Sequence record: MK250016.1
Strand: one strand, 5' to 3'
DNA from: Prevotella phage Lak-A1
DNA: 32,000 nucleotides
The translations under genes were made by a program, and so were the position numbers. How positions within the stretch are numbered: position 1 is the stretch's first letter; each line of letters begins with the position of its first letter. Positions 17,421 through 30,476 of the stretch are shown here, one piece after another. The notes under the pieces are model-generated. The model was not told the origin of the DNA and searched no databases. It worked only from the letters and a program-made list of their open reading frames with translations.

Positions 17421-18971
17421 TTATTTTACTGGTGTAATGAATGGTGTTTTATTAGGATTATTCGGTGTATCTACCAATATCAATTTACTTTCATTTCGTG
17501 TTACTGGTGAATACATATCTAATTTATAATTATCTCCTATTTCATATTCATTTTCATATAATCTGATATTACACATCTATATATTACATCCCATATCTTC
17601 TATACTAAATTCATGTACAGAAAAATCAGATATATTCCAAGCAATAGTTGTATCTGTTTTAACAACATCTCCTATTACGCGATCACCAACTTCCTTCGGT
17701 GTACTTATTAATATTCTAGTATTATCAGGTGATATATCTAACATAATATAAGACCATATATCAAATTCAAAATTAATAGGTATATGTTTAGATTTATTAC
17801 CTACCTATATCTATAATTCATTCTATCTTATAAGAACGTCAAATGTTATTTTACTATTTTCATCATAACCTCTGATTAATTTATAAATATTAGTTTTATA
17901 AATTTTCAAAAATTGTGAATTTTCATACCATTTTGTTAATTTCTTATTTGCTTTTGCCATATCAGAATTTTTAATGGCAATACCCAATGATTCAACACAT
18001 TCATCAAGTTCAACAACAACTGCATTAACTTTTATTAATGTTCCTCTTGTTATTGTTACATTATCTCCTAATTCTAATTTTATTGAAGTGGAAACTCTAA
18101 AATACCAATTATCAGAATCTTTAGAATAATATACCAATTTTATTACTTTACTATCTTGAATATAACTATTGAGAAAACACCAGCATGAATATATAAGATG
18201 ATTTCTTGATGATGATATTTCATATAATAATTCATCATTATATGTAATATTTTTTGATGCAATAGAAAAATCATAATACGCATTTGATATAAGATTTCCA
18301 TTTGAACCAAATATCTAATTTGATACTATAGAATCTATGTCATAATCCTTCTGAGGATCTACATAAGTTGTATTATTATATGATGTTTCTACAGGTGCAT
18401 CTACATCTGCTACTTCTTCTGATATAGTATCTCCAAATAATTCTTCTTGTGATGTTGTAAGCTCTTCTACAGAATCTCTAAATTCCTATGTTTCTTTTCT
18501 AGATGCAGTTGGACTATATTTTGATAAAATAACTTTATAATATGTAGGTAATGCAGCTATTGTATAAATTAATTCAGAAGACTATACTTCAAATAATTTA
18601 TGATAAATCTATACATATACAATATCTCCTTTCTATGGCATAGTATTATTTCCAAACATATTTTGCCATTCCTATATAGTTATATTAATTTCAAGGGGCT
18701 AAACATAATTAAGACCATATAAATCAATAGTATATTCTCCTGGATTATAGTCTGGATTTGAAACAATAACTTTAACAATTTTAGGACATTCGAGACCTAC
18801 CTATGTTAATGTATATTCCTATAAAACAACATCTTCAGAATTGATGACAGGTGTTGCACGTGCCCATAAACAGTCAGTTCCAACAGTCTCTGTCGCAGAC
18901 TGTTGGATTTCCTTTACTGTTTCATACGCGGATTTTATAATTTCATTAATATCAATTCCTAAACCTGCCAT
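17421..18971 (-). CDS. Putative neck/head-tail connector-type structural protein (516 aa, TAG=Gln)
   Basis: MAGLGIDINEIIKSAYETVKEIQQ...; ...PQKGDIVYVQIYHKLFEVQSSELIYTIAALPTYYKVILSKY resembles T4 gp14-like neck proteins. Multiple in-frame TAG, TAA stop. Confidence 0.7.
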
Positions 18972-18973
18972 AA

Positions 18974-20683
18974 TTAATTATTTAATGTTTCATTTATTTT
19001 TTGTTCCATTGAAGATAATTCATTACATAATTCTTTAATATTATGTATACGTATCTTTATTTGATTACTATCTTCCTAACATCTTTTTAATTTCTATTCT
19101 TTCGCCCATGTTGACATATATGCATCTTCCTTATTATTCGCATATGTATCTTTAAATGATGATATAGCAATCTATATATTACCATATTGTTGTAACATAT
19201 TATTTAACAATTTACTATATACACCATATAACATCATAAGTGATTTAAATTTTATAACGTCATTCCTGTATATATTTTTAATTTCATTACATAATACTTT
19301 ACCTGTTTGTGTAAATGCCTATAACTATGGTAATATTTCCTTTAATTCTTTATTAAAATTAGAAATGCCTATTTTTGATCTATTCTATGCAATTAATTTT
19401 TTATATCTCAAAATATTAGCTCTTGCTATTTTATTGCAATAATCATCTGTTCCATATAATTTTTCATAATCATATGATTCTAATTTTCTACCAAACGCAA
19501 AAAGTTCTGATGATTTTCCACCAGCATATGGATGATATTTTCCTAAAATATCTTTAGTCCATTTATATATCTTTCGTTGTTGTTCTTCAAAATCTAATTT
19601 TCTCTGACGTGTTTTTTCTGTATCCAATTTAAACTCATTGTATCCTTTTAAATTAGAATCATCCATTTTTCGTTTACCATTATCTTTAGTCGATATAACA
19701 TTTCCATCATAATCTTTATGTCCACTTTCTGGTATATAAACAATGAAATAATCATCATTTGAATTTCCCCAACCAGTAAACTTATTTAACTTACTTGATT
19801 TTGAATATGGATTAGCCCCGACTTTCTATAATTTCTTTTTAAAATCTCCATATGCATTTATATATTTCGACAAATCTAAAAAATTCTTCACAAAACCTAT
19901 TCCACATAATTCTCGTTTATCACCACCACGAGATAAACGAGCAACAGTAGGATATGTTAATACAGCTCCGTCTTTTAATGTCTATGTTAAATTATTAACA
20001 ATAAGATTATCTTTCTTACATGCATCTTCAATAATTTCCGGTGTTAATTTATGTGTTTGAAAACTTTGCCAAACACGTCCATCTTCAAATGTTATATTTT
20101 CATTATCTATAGCAAATAATACCATTCTACCATATACAGAAACAACAAGAATTTTACCTTCTGAATTAAACCAAAATATTGCATATTCATTAATGTATTG
20201 TTTTAGATCCTTATTTTTCTTTAAATCCGATACGGTATACTTTTTAAAGTTTTCATCTGTTAAATTAAATAAATCCAATTTATTCATAGGGAAAGTTCCA
20301 TCAGCATTACTTAATATTACAGAAGATAATACCTAAGGATCTGGTTTAATAAACAATTTTGATGTATAATCTTTATATAATTCTAATGTTTGCATATATT
20401 TGTCATGTAATGCTTTCTTCTATTCATCTGTTTTTATAGATTCATGTTGATAACTATACGAATCATATGCTTCAGTTGAATATACAGGAAATGTATTAGA
20501 AATAATATCATTTAATATTTCAAATTGATTTAATGCTTTTTTATACATTGTTCCAGGATATGGTTGTTTATAATATGTAAACATCTTTCCTTTATCATTA
20601 AGAATATCATGAATAACTGTATCTGACTATAAACGTTCAGTTAAATATTTTTCAGTAATATATTTTTTTAAACTAAATTGCAT
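18974..20683 (-). CDS. Hypothetical virion-module protein (569 aa, TAG=Gln)
   Basis: MQFSLKKYITEKYLTERLQSDTVIHDILNDKGKMF...; track fragments 19385-19666 and 19982-20287 share its frame. TAA stop 18974-18976. Confidence 0.8.
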
Positions 20684-20773
20684 AATGATAGATTTATTCT
20701 ATTTTTATTATTTATTTGATAATATAGTATATGTTGAAATAAATAATAAAACCAATATTTTATTATTTACAAA

Positions 20774-23362
20774 ATGGGACTTAATATTAATAGCATAGGA
20801 GAACAATTTAAAAACGGTTTTATAGATAAATTTAATAAAGATATATCAAATGAGGATTTAGATAGAGTTATTTCACAAATGACAACATTAACTAATTCAT
20901 CTACATACTCATAGCAAAACAGTCCATTATATGGTACATTTAAATATGCAATAGATTCATCTAAATCATTAGATAGTTTTGAACCTGGTGGCTCAATAAA
21001 TGATGAAATAACGGAATATCGTGCATGGGATCCAAGACTTGCACGTGTTGATGGGTTTGTGTCTCGTAGTTCAACAAGTGATGATCATCCTACTGTTGTT
21101 CCATTCGCCTCTGAAACAGCAGCTGGCGCATTTTATGATTTAGTATTTACTGCAGAAAAAGCAGTAGGTGACAAAATGTCAGGATCTACAACGCATAAAG
21201 AAAAACCAAAAGAAACTGATAAAAATGGACAACAACAAACATCGTCATCCGAAAAATATTATACTGTTACAGAAGATGGTGAAACAATACCAGATGTTAA
21301 GTTATCAACTAAAAACTTTTATATATCAAATACGTCAAACGGAGAAAAAATAAAAAATACTATATTAAATGATGGTAATTCATATGGTGTTGCTTCTATT
21401 GTTAACCCATATACATTAACTAAATTATGTGGAGGACTTGTAAAAGCAAAATCAAATAGTACAGAAAAAAACAGTGATGACATATAGGTAGAAAACCATA
21501 TGTATGACATACGAAATTCACGTAGATTTTATGGTGATGTAATGGAAAAGGGAGGAGATGTTTTAACTGTATCAAATCCTACAACTACTAATATTATTAC
21601 ATGGAGTAATAAAGATAAATGGGGAAGAACACCTTATTATTTTTAGGATTTTGTATTTTGTAAATATTGGAATGTTATACCTAATAACAGGTTAATTACA
21701 TTAAGAAAGTATCATGCACCTGTATATGATAACCTTCAATTTTCTAATATGTTTGATGGAACAACTGCAACACCATTTGCACCTATTGCTACCGTTATAA
21801 CTTATTTTGGTGATGATACCGGTAATACATTATCTTCTTTATTCGGATTTACTGCAGGTACTAAATGGAAAGAAATAACATCTGATGTATATGATGTACA
21901 AGGAGAAAGTGGTTCAGATCCTCATGCACTTATTGATGAAATGTTTACTGGAGGTGGTGGATTTCCTACTGGTGAATCAAATATTATGAGCAGTATTATT
22001 GGTAAAACTAATTTATTAACTGGTAAAATGTTTTCATTAGGTAAATTTGTTGGTTTATTAAGTCCAGGCGGTTATAATATGGGTAAAGATCAAAAAACAT
22101 TTGATAAATTATCACAAGCAAATGTAGATCCATCTGAACAACTTTATAGCAACAAAATAAAAGGTCCTGTTAATAGAATTAATATGACTAAAGCAAGAGA
22201 TGCTGGAATTACATTTGATTAGAAATTCAGTTTAACATGTCAATATATAGCCAGACCTATTGGTGGTGTTAATACAAAAGCAGCAATGCTTGATATTTTA
22301 TCAAACTGTATGGAAATGGCATCAGCTGATGCAGTATTCTGGGGTGGTGGATATAGATTTAATATACACCCACATATGTATCCATTTAAAAACACTGCGT
22401 TTAAAAATAGAATTATGGATGATTTATATGCAGGTAGAATATTCGGTAAAGATGGTGCATTATCTCATACTGTTGAAGGCATAAAAAGTTTTGGAACAGA
22501 TTCAACTGGTTCATTTTCATGGAGTGAAATAGGTAAACATTTAAGTGAATATCTTGGTGAAACATTGGGTGCGTTAGGCGAAATGTTCAACACATTACAA
22601 AACATGGTATTCGGTACAAATGGTAGTTCTATTGGTGATTGGCTAAAAGGAAAAGGTAATGATGTTGGTGATGGTGAGTCTGGAGATAAAGGTGCAAAAA
22701 AATTAAATTCGCTTGGTTAGAATCTTAATATGATGTGGAGATCTAAAGTTATACAAGCATCAACAATGCCATCTATAACTGGTATGCGTGCATTATTAAC
22801 TGGTGAACCTGTCGGTAACTGGCATTTAACAGTTGGAAACCCTTTAAATCCTATTATGGTAATAGGTAATCTCATATGTACTGATATGAAAGTTGAAGTA
22901 GGAGAAGAATTAGGACCAGATGATTTCCCAACAGAATTAAAAGTAGTTTATACATTAGAGCATGGTATGCCTCGTGATAAATCTGGAATTCAATCTATGT
23001 TTAATAGAGGTAGCGGACGTATATATCAGTTACCCGACTGGATAAGAGCATCATCTGATTATGAGTCAAAAGTTGATAATTTTACAGGAGGAAGTAATTT
23101 TTATCAGCCAAAATATATGAGTGCATCAAAAATGATGGCAATCGGAGGTGCTCATGGTTATTAGACATATAAAATAGATAAAGGAAAAAATCCTGCAATG
23201 GATGAACATACATCTAATACAGTAATAGCCAAATTTACTCCACCTGACGTAGATGCAGCTATTAGCAATATTGTTGATAAATCATCTTCATTTTTTGGTT
23301 CTAATAATTCATCAAGAGCATGGATTAGAGGTACAGCAGCAACTAGAAAACTTATGAATTAA
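20774..23362 (+). CDS. Large virion structural protein (862 aa, TAG=Gln)
   Basis: MGLNINSIGEQFKNGFIDKFNKD...; joins track ORFs 21059-21487, 21749-22222, 22286-22720 and 22730-23164, all in one frame. ...HLTVGNPLNPIMVIGNLICTDMKVEVGEELGPDDFPTELKVVYTLEHG. Confidence 0.85.
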
Positions 23363-23367
23363 TTAAA

Positions 23368-24102
23368 ATGTTTACTTATACAATAGATAAAAAACCGACA
23401 ATTATAGATTCAAAAGGAAATACAATAGTTAATTTTATTACACCATTATTTACAAAAAATTCAACAGGTGTTAAAGACTATTAGATAATGCGAATAAATG
23501 CAGATAAGTATTAGATGAGACCTGATCTTATATCGATGGCAATGTATGGTGATATTGATGAAGCTGAATATATTTTAAAGTTTTCAGGTATTTCAAATCC
23601 ATTTTCATTAGATAAAGATGATGTATTAAAAATACCGAATGATTAGGAAGTATATGGTATGATGGAAGTTAATACACCAAGTGATGATAATGAAGATGCA
23701 ATTGATAATGAAGCAGAAATCAGACATAGTTTTAAATATTATGATCCTACATTAAATCCTTATAATAAAGATGGATAGTCTTATAGAGATCTTGAAAATA
23801 AGAAAATACCTTCGGGTATTATAGATAAAGGTAAGATTGTTAATAAAACAGGTAATATAATGGTTCCATATATTTCTGAAGATGGAAGAACTGCAGTTAC
23901 TATCAGAAATGGTAAAGTATATTTTGGAGAAGATAGTGGTTTAAATATTGCTTCATCTGAAAAAATATCATAGGTTGCAAATATTACATCAACTATATAG
24001 AACGCTATAAATAATACAATGACAAAATTATCAGATTCGAATTGTTTATATAACGGTTCGAACTTAGCAGATTTTGTAAGAACAAATTTTAATAATAACT
24101 GA
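23368..24102 (+). CDS. T4 gp53-like baseplate wedge protein (244 aa, TAG=Gln)
   Basis: No ORF in the track because of 6 in-frame TAGs. MFTYTIDKKPTIIDSKGNTIVNFITPL...DKYQMRPDLISMAMYGDIDEAEYILKFSGISNPFSLDKDDVLKIPN resembles the gp53/LysM-like pattern. Ends TGA. Confidence 0.75.
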
Positions 24103-24109
24103 TTGAAAT

Positions 24110-27100
24110 ATGAATACAAAATATCCTATAAATGGTAGAGTTGCCACATTAAATGACATAGTACATGAATATGGTGCTTCTTCCTCATGGCCTAAAACTA
24201 CTGTTTATCCATTTATCGATACACCAGAAAAAATTGTGTCTTAGCCTTTTTAGAATTTAGTATTTAAAGATGCTTTAGATGCTAATAATAAATTCGTTGG
24301 TGAAAGACCATATGAAATTGTTTATTTTGATAATGTATATTCAAATACAGAAAGAGATACTACTGGTAAACATATGAAAATTATACAGAAACGTGATTCT
24401 GATGTATTTAGTGGTTTATATCCAGGAGGAATGTCTGGACATGAATATATAAAAGCAGGTGATGTAGCAAATCCATTAAAGATAATAGAAGGCAAATATG
24501 GTTTTAAATTTATAGTAGCAAGTTAGAATGATAAAAAACAATACTATTATAATTATAGAACATCTACTGGTGAAGCTACTGTTATGTATGCATTAAGAAA
24601 TATAATTAAAATATTAAAAAAACAAGGTATTGCGAATTTATCAGAATCTTTTAAACCGTTATTTATTCCTGAAAAAACGGAAGACGGTGATAATAAGTAT
24701 CATATTGATAATATTATAGATAAAAATAATGAGTTGAAGAGTGACGCATATAAGTATTTAGGAGATTTTATATGGACATATAAAAATATAAACATTAAAA
24801 ATTATACAAGAACAGAATAGTCTATTTTAAATATTGCAGAAAGTAAAGGTTATTTAACGTTAAATAATAATAGTGTAAATAGTATTAATACATTATTAAA
24901 AAATTGGTTAGGTGACAATAAAGATGACAATTATTCGTATAATCAAGAATCTGATTATAATCAACTTAAATATTATTTAAATATTTTTGCAAATTCGTAG
25001 AGATTTTTCGTAAGTTATGTTACAGGATTTAGATTTGGAAAGATTTCAAATAAATCATATTTACAGATAGAACCTGTATTAAGATGTGATCTTGGTGCAT
25101 TTGTATTATATAACTCTATTGAAATTTTATCATCAATTCATGATTATCGTACTGCATTACCATAGAGTGATATTTCACCATCTACACAACTTGATATTAT
25201 ATTAAAATATAAAGTGACATATGAAAATATAAGTAAAGAATCAACACCTATAACAACAACTATATCATTAACATGGTATGATATTATTAATCATACAACG
25301 GAAGATAAAAACATATGGTTTACTTTAAGAAATGCAGTATGTGATGAAGATAGCGTTATTGAATACTATAAAAAAAATCATAAGAAATTTGGAAAATATG
25401 TATACGGTGATGAGAACTTTTTTTTTGATATTAAAAAGAAAACAACATCATTAGGTATTTTAGATTGGCCAGTTGAAGATGGAGGATTATTATTAACTGA
25501 TGAAACTGAATTTAAAAATATAATAAATAATCCATCATATAATAAAAATGGAATAACAAATTATGCAAATACATCAGATCCAAGTACATTTGGTAAAAAT
25601 AAAAACAAAGAGGATATAAAAAATACTATTGCAGGACAATTTGCACCTTTTGGTACATTAAGAATGCATAATTTTTTAGATAAAGATAATGACAAATCTG
25701 GATACTATTGTGATGTTGATATACTTAGATGTAAAAATTTTTATATGATACAATAGAATTTAAAAATTTCAAATATTGGTATTAATATTTATTATAGCAT
25801 ACCATATGATACTATAATACCAAATACTTGTGTAAGATTAATATCTAAATCTTTTGAAGAAGCTGGAACATCAGATGATAATATAGCAGTAAATGATAAA
25901 CCATATAAAATATTAGAATGGCAACAAGAGTTGGATGAAAATATAATATATTCTATTCCAAATAATAGTGATAATGAAGTATTTATAACTATATCTAGTT
26001 CTTCTGCTAAAGTAAGATTATATGCATCAGGCAAAACTAAACCAATAACATCAACATAGAAAGACTCATATATTAATAATTTAAATCTGGAATTATATTA
26101 TCTAGATCAACAAACATGGTAGCTTGCAGAAAAGGGAGTAGATTATATTATTAATGCATATACACGAACAAATACTTTACCATATTATTCATTTAAATTT
26201 ACAAATTCAACTACAACACATGTATTTTGGAAATTTAAATTTAATGATATAAAATAGTTTTTATATTTCAGATCAAATAATATTCAAAGGAATGATAAAC
26301 AACAATTAACAATAATATCTTTATATGTATAGGATGAAAATTCTGCAACTATAGAATAGAAGGTTAGAGGTTTAAATAATATAGATATATCTTTATAGTA
26401 TTTAATATATCATGCTGATACTAATGCAGAATCATATACAAACGGTACAACATGTTTAAATTGTTTCACGCAAGCGTTTATTAGATAGTCTACAACATAG
26501 AATCAAAATGCATATGTAAATAAAAATCAAAGGTTCTATATAGAACCTTTATCATTCAAGACATCAGATTCATATCAATATCAAGAATTTAATACAATAA
26601 CGCATAAACCATTTAATGTTGCTTATAAAACATCAACAGTTATGAATAAAAAGAATATTTATAAATTTGAACAATGTAGTACATTATTTGGAAAAGATAT
26701 TGATAATCGTAGAGTTCGAATAGATACGTTAACTACAGAAACATAGCCTTCAATATATTTAGCATTTGAACCAATATATATAATAGAATTTGGTTCAATA
26801 CAGTATTCTACTGAAATTGATAAAAATGATGGAAAGCTATTAGTGGAAGATGAATGTAACACACGTTATAAAGATAATATATCGCTAAATATATTTAAAT
26901 ATAGAATAAATTCAGGTGCAAGTGCATCATCAATAAATTTACAAGATAAGATTAATAATTTAAATATATTATCATTATATACTACTGATATATTTATTGA
27001 TAGTGATTTCTTAAAAATACTAAGTACTTCAATTGATGAAGATCTACAATAGATTTCATAGTAGTATTTAATAAGTTATGATGTTGTAATATCATCGTAT

Positions 27101-27673
27101 GATTTCACATCAACGAATTATGTAGAACAAGGTCGTGCTTCTATTTCAAATGGTCTTACAAAATCTCAAATTAATGAAAATTTTTATAAAATAAAATTTG
27201 ACCCAAATAAACAATATCTTGTGGATGTTATATTTACAAAGTATAGAAAACGTACGAGTGAAATAGCTTGTACATTCTTTTGTACAGATTCACGATTTGA
27301 TGGTTTTATAACACTATTAATTACAGAATTACCTAAAGGTTATAACGGAGAATTATCTAACATTAAGGTTCCACCATATTATAGTACTCCTGGAAGTACA
27401 CGCCCGATAAGTTTACCTATTGGATGTACTGTTAATCTTAAACATAATTTTGATGCGTTATTAAAAGCAAATGGAGATAAAATAAAATGGAATGGATGGA
27501 TTTATCCAGGTGTAACTGAACCAGACATAAATAAGGAGATAACGTTTAAAATAGGAGATACATCAAATATATCAATTACTGCAAATTTATATGCAGATCC
27601 TTCAATTACTGTAAATTCACAGTCTACACCAACAACTCCTTCTACACCAGATACATCTAATAATAAACCATAA
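24110..27673 (+). CDS. Large virion structural (baseplate-like) protein (1187 aa, TAG=Gln)
   Basis: MNTKYPINGRVATLNDIVHEYG...; joins track ORFs 24584-24820, 25214-25756, 26843-27052 and 27221-27673, all in one frame. Ends ...TPTTPSTPDTSNNKP-TAA. Confidence 0.85.
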
Positions 27674-27679
27674 AAATAA

Positions 27680-27712
27680 AAAATCCAAACAACCTAACAT
27701 TGTTTGGATTTT
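27680..27712. terminator. Bidirectional terminator between convergent genes
   Basis: 13-bp stem AAAATCCAAACAA (27680-27692) / TTGTTTGGATTTT (27700-27712), flanked by A-run and T-run. Confidence 0.9.
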
Positions 27713-27772
27713 TTATTTTATAAAATAATTTATAAAGTTAACAGTGGGAATATTCATTTTATTAAAAACATT

Positions 27773-28249
27773 TTACTCAAGACCTAACTTAATACGGTTA
27801 GAAATAAGGTTCCATACTGTATTTGTAATGAAGTTTTCCTTAAGTTTCTTACCAACAGCAGGTTCAATATCTGATTTAAATGTTTCTACTACATATTTAC
27901 CATTTCCAGAACGATATGCTTCTGTAATAGCAACAAGATTTTTCTTAGTCTGTTTCTCTATATAAAGACGAATATCATCCTTAGTTGAATTCGCGCTAAG
28001 AGTAATCATATTTTCATTTAAGAGTTTAATACCTGCTTTATTAATTCCTGTTTTAGGTGACCAGTATTCAAATACTTTCTTGGCCATTTCTTTTTTCTGA
28101 TCAGCAGGAAGATCTGACATATTTCCAGTAATCATATATGTCTCTTTAAGTACGTTAATAACGGCTACTTTCTGAGATTCATATAATTTCTCACGAGCCT
28201 CAAGTACCTATTTTTTACTATTATTATATACTGTACTAAAACTTTTCAT
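27773..28249 (-). CDS. hypothetical protein (158 aa, TAG=Gln)
   Basis: Track ORF 27773-28135 extends upstream through one TAG (28208-28210) to MKSFSTVYNNSKKQVLEAREKLYESQKVAVIN... Confidence 0.75.
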
Positions 28250-28307
28250 TTGCTTGAATTTAAATGTTTTTATTTATTATTTTATTTATCTATGTTTTTA
28301 TAAAAAA

Positions 28308-28760
28308 TTATTTTCTGATATTCAAAACGAGCTTTGTATTTTTCGGTATTCGATTTAAAGCCCTTATTATTATTTTATTATTATCACCATCCCACATATA
28401 ATCACAATTAGGATCGGGATTTGATTTACTTATAACATCATAATATTGGCAATAACCGAATGGAATAACATATTTCTCATTAGGAATAACTTCAAATACT
28501 ATATCTCTCATATCTTTAGTATAAAGAGATAATTTATCTATAGATTTTGTAGGACATACTTCTATAATATCTCCTGGATAAAACTATGAATTAGAATAAA
28601 CAGATTTACCATCAGAACAAATTTTACATTGATTTAAATTTGTCGGTATCATTGTTACTTTCTTTATGTTAGTTTTATCACGTGGTTCCTAACCATAAAA
28701 TAATCCATACCATGATTTCTCATTTACAGATTTAAACTTTTTATTTGTTCTTTGTTTCAT
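28308..28760 (-). CDS. SET-domain-like protein (150 aa, TAG=Gln)
   Basis: GKSVYSQFIQPGEIIEVCPTKSIDK...DIVFEVIPNEKYVIPFGYCQYYDVISKSNPDPNCDYMWDGDNNKIIIRALNRIPKNTKLVLNI matches the short SET layout (GxGVFAxxxIxxGExIE...Gxxxx(Y/F)NHSxxPN...IxAxxxIxxGxELxxxY). Confidence 0.68.
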
Positions 28761-28804
28761 AATTAAATATATTTTATATATTATTTATTAATGTATTTTA
28801 AAAA

Positions 28805-30463
28805 TTAATTATGTTCTACAGCTTGTACTGTATTACTAGCTTTTTCTATTTCTGTTGGCATTCCTAAATTATTTTCAGACGGTTTATCATTACCTTTAGT
28901 TTCGTCTTTATCGTTCTATATTTCTTCTTTATTATTTTTATATAATGAATCAGCTAAATCTTTTAATGACGCTTTTGTACCCATTTCCTGTTCTATATAT
29001 TTCTTCGCTTTATCAATTAAATTTTCTGTATTATTCTATTCATCTTCAAATAAGTATATATCATTATTTCTAAAATATAAAACAGATTCTATTTTTATTT
29101 TACTTATAAAATACATTAAACTATAAAACATTGATAAACCATCATAAGGTTTATCATTTGAAATATAATCTAATATAGTTTTATATATATCAAATATATT
29201 TAACGAACCATCTATTACTTTAAACTATTTAAAAAATGATAAAATTTCTTTATTATCATTACTTAATAACAATTTAAATGATTTAAAGAAACTATTATCT
29301 TTATTAATTATTTGAATTTTTAAATTATTTAAATTTATATTGAATAGATCTTGTAATTCATTAATAATATGTTCACCTATACTTAGATTATCTTTCTCTC
29401 CATTTGTTGTATCATGACCATCTAACGTTTTTATATTTGTATAAAATAATTTAAATATTTCTTTACATAATATAGTTGTTGTCTACAATTTATTTGTTTT
29501 TTCATCTTTACCTATAACAACAGTTACTTTTGATGTATTTAATGTTTCCTTAATTTCATTTATACTATCTTCCAAATTTTCAGATTTTTTATTTAATGAT
29601 AATAACGTATCCGATAATAATGTATTCCATTTTGTAAACTATTCATTAGTTATTACATCTAAATTCTATATATTTTCTAAGAATTTACTTACTGTTAATT
29701 TATTTGTTTTAAATACATCTTTATCTACATCAATCTGTTTTTTAAGAAATACATCTTTAATACCTTCTTTTATATCTATATTTGATATATTCTATTTGAA
29801 ATATTCTATATATTCCTATTCATTATCTTTTTTTAATAATTCTAATAATGTTGAATATATATCTTTATAACGCTATGTATTTATATTATTCTAAACATCT
29901 TTATTACCTAATGTATTATATATATTAATTGGAATTTCAAACTATGAAAATTTATCATCAATTAATTTATTATAATATGAACTAAAATTATTAGAAAAAA
30001 TAAATTGTAATATACTTATTAACGTTTTTTGAGAAATCATATTATTAAATGTATCAATAAACTATTTCATTTCATCATCAGTTATTGGTTCAATATTATA
30101 TAATTTATCTTTATCGATTTCTGTAGTTTCATTCTATATAATATATTTTATTATAGTTTTATATGATATATTTGAAATATCATTTTGACTTAACTATATA
30201 TTATTTTTAAATATATCATTTTCTATAATTTGTGAAATTTTTTCATTTATTAAATTATTTGGTTCTAAGTAAATATTTAATGGCGTTATTCCACATTTTC
30301 TTAAAAACTAATTTAATTTAATTGCCTTATTTTTTATATCTGCATTTGTATTGTTATCATCATTTAATTCATTTATAATATTACTAAATTCATTGAATAA
30401 ATCAGTTGATAACATATTATGATATACTACATTATATATTATATTATCTATTTGCTATAACAT
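28805..30463 (-). CDS. hypothetical Asn/Lys/Ile-rich protein (552 aa, TAG=Gln)
   Basis: Open in frame across the whole interval when TAG=Gln. MLQQIDNIIYNVVYHNMLSTDLFNEFSNIINELN... ...SNTVQAVEHN-TAA. No long ORFs in the standard track. Confidence 0.75.
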
Positions 30464-30476
30464 AACTTATATTCAT

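Noticed and set aside
21168-22484. Plus-strand ORFs 21168-21353 and 22260-22484 and minus-strand ORF 21319-21510
   Set aside because: Alternative frames inside the 862-aa recoded gene.
27744-27965. 73-aa plus-strand ORF
   Set aside because: Antisense to the 27773-28249 gene and lies after a bidirectional terminator.
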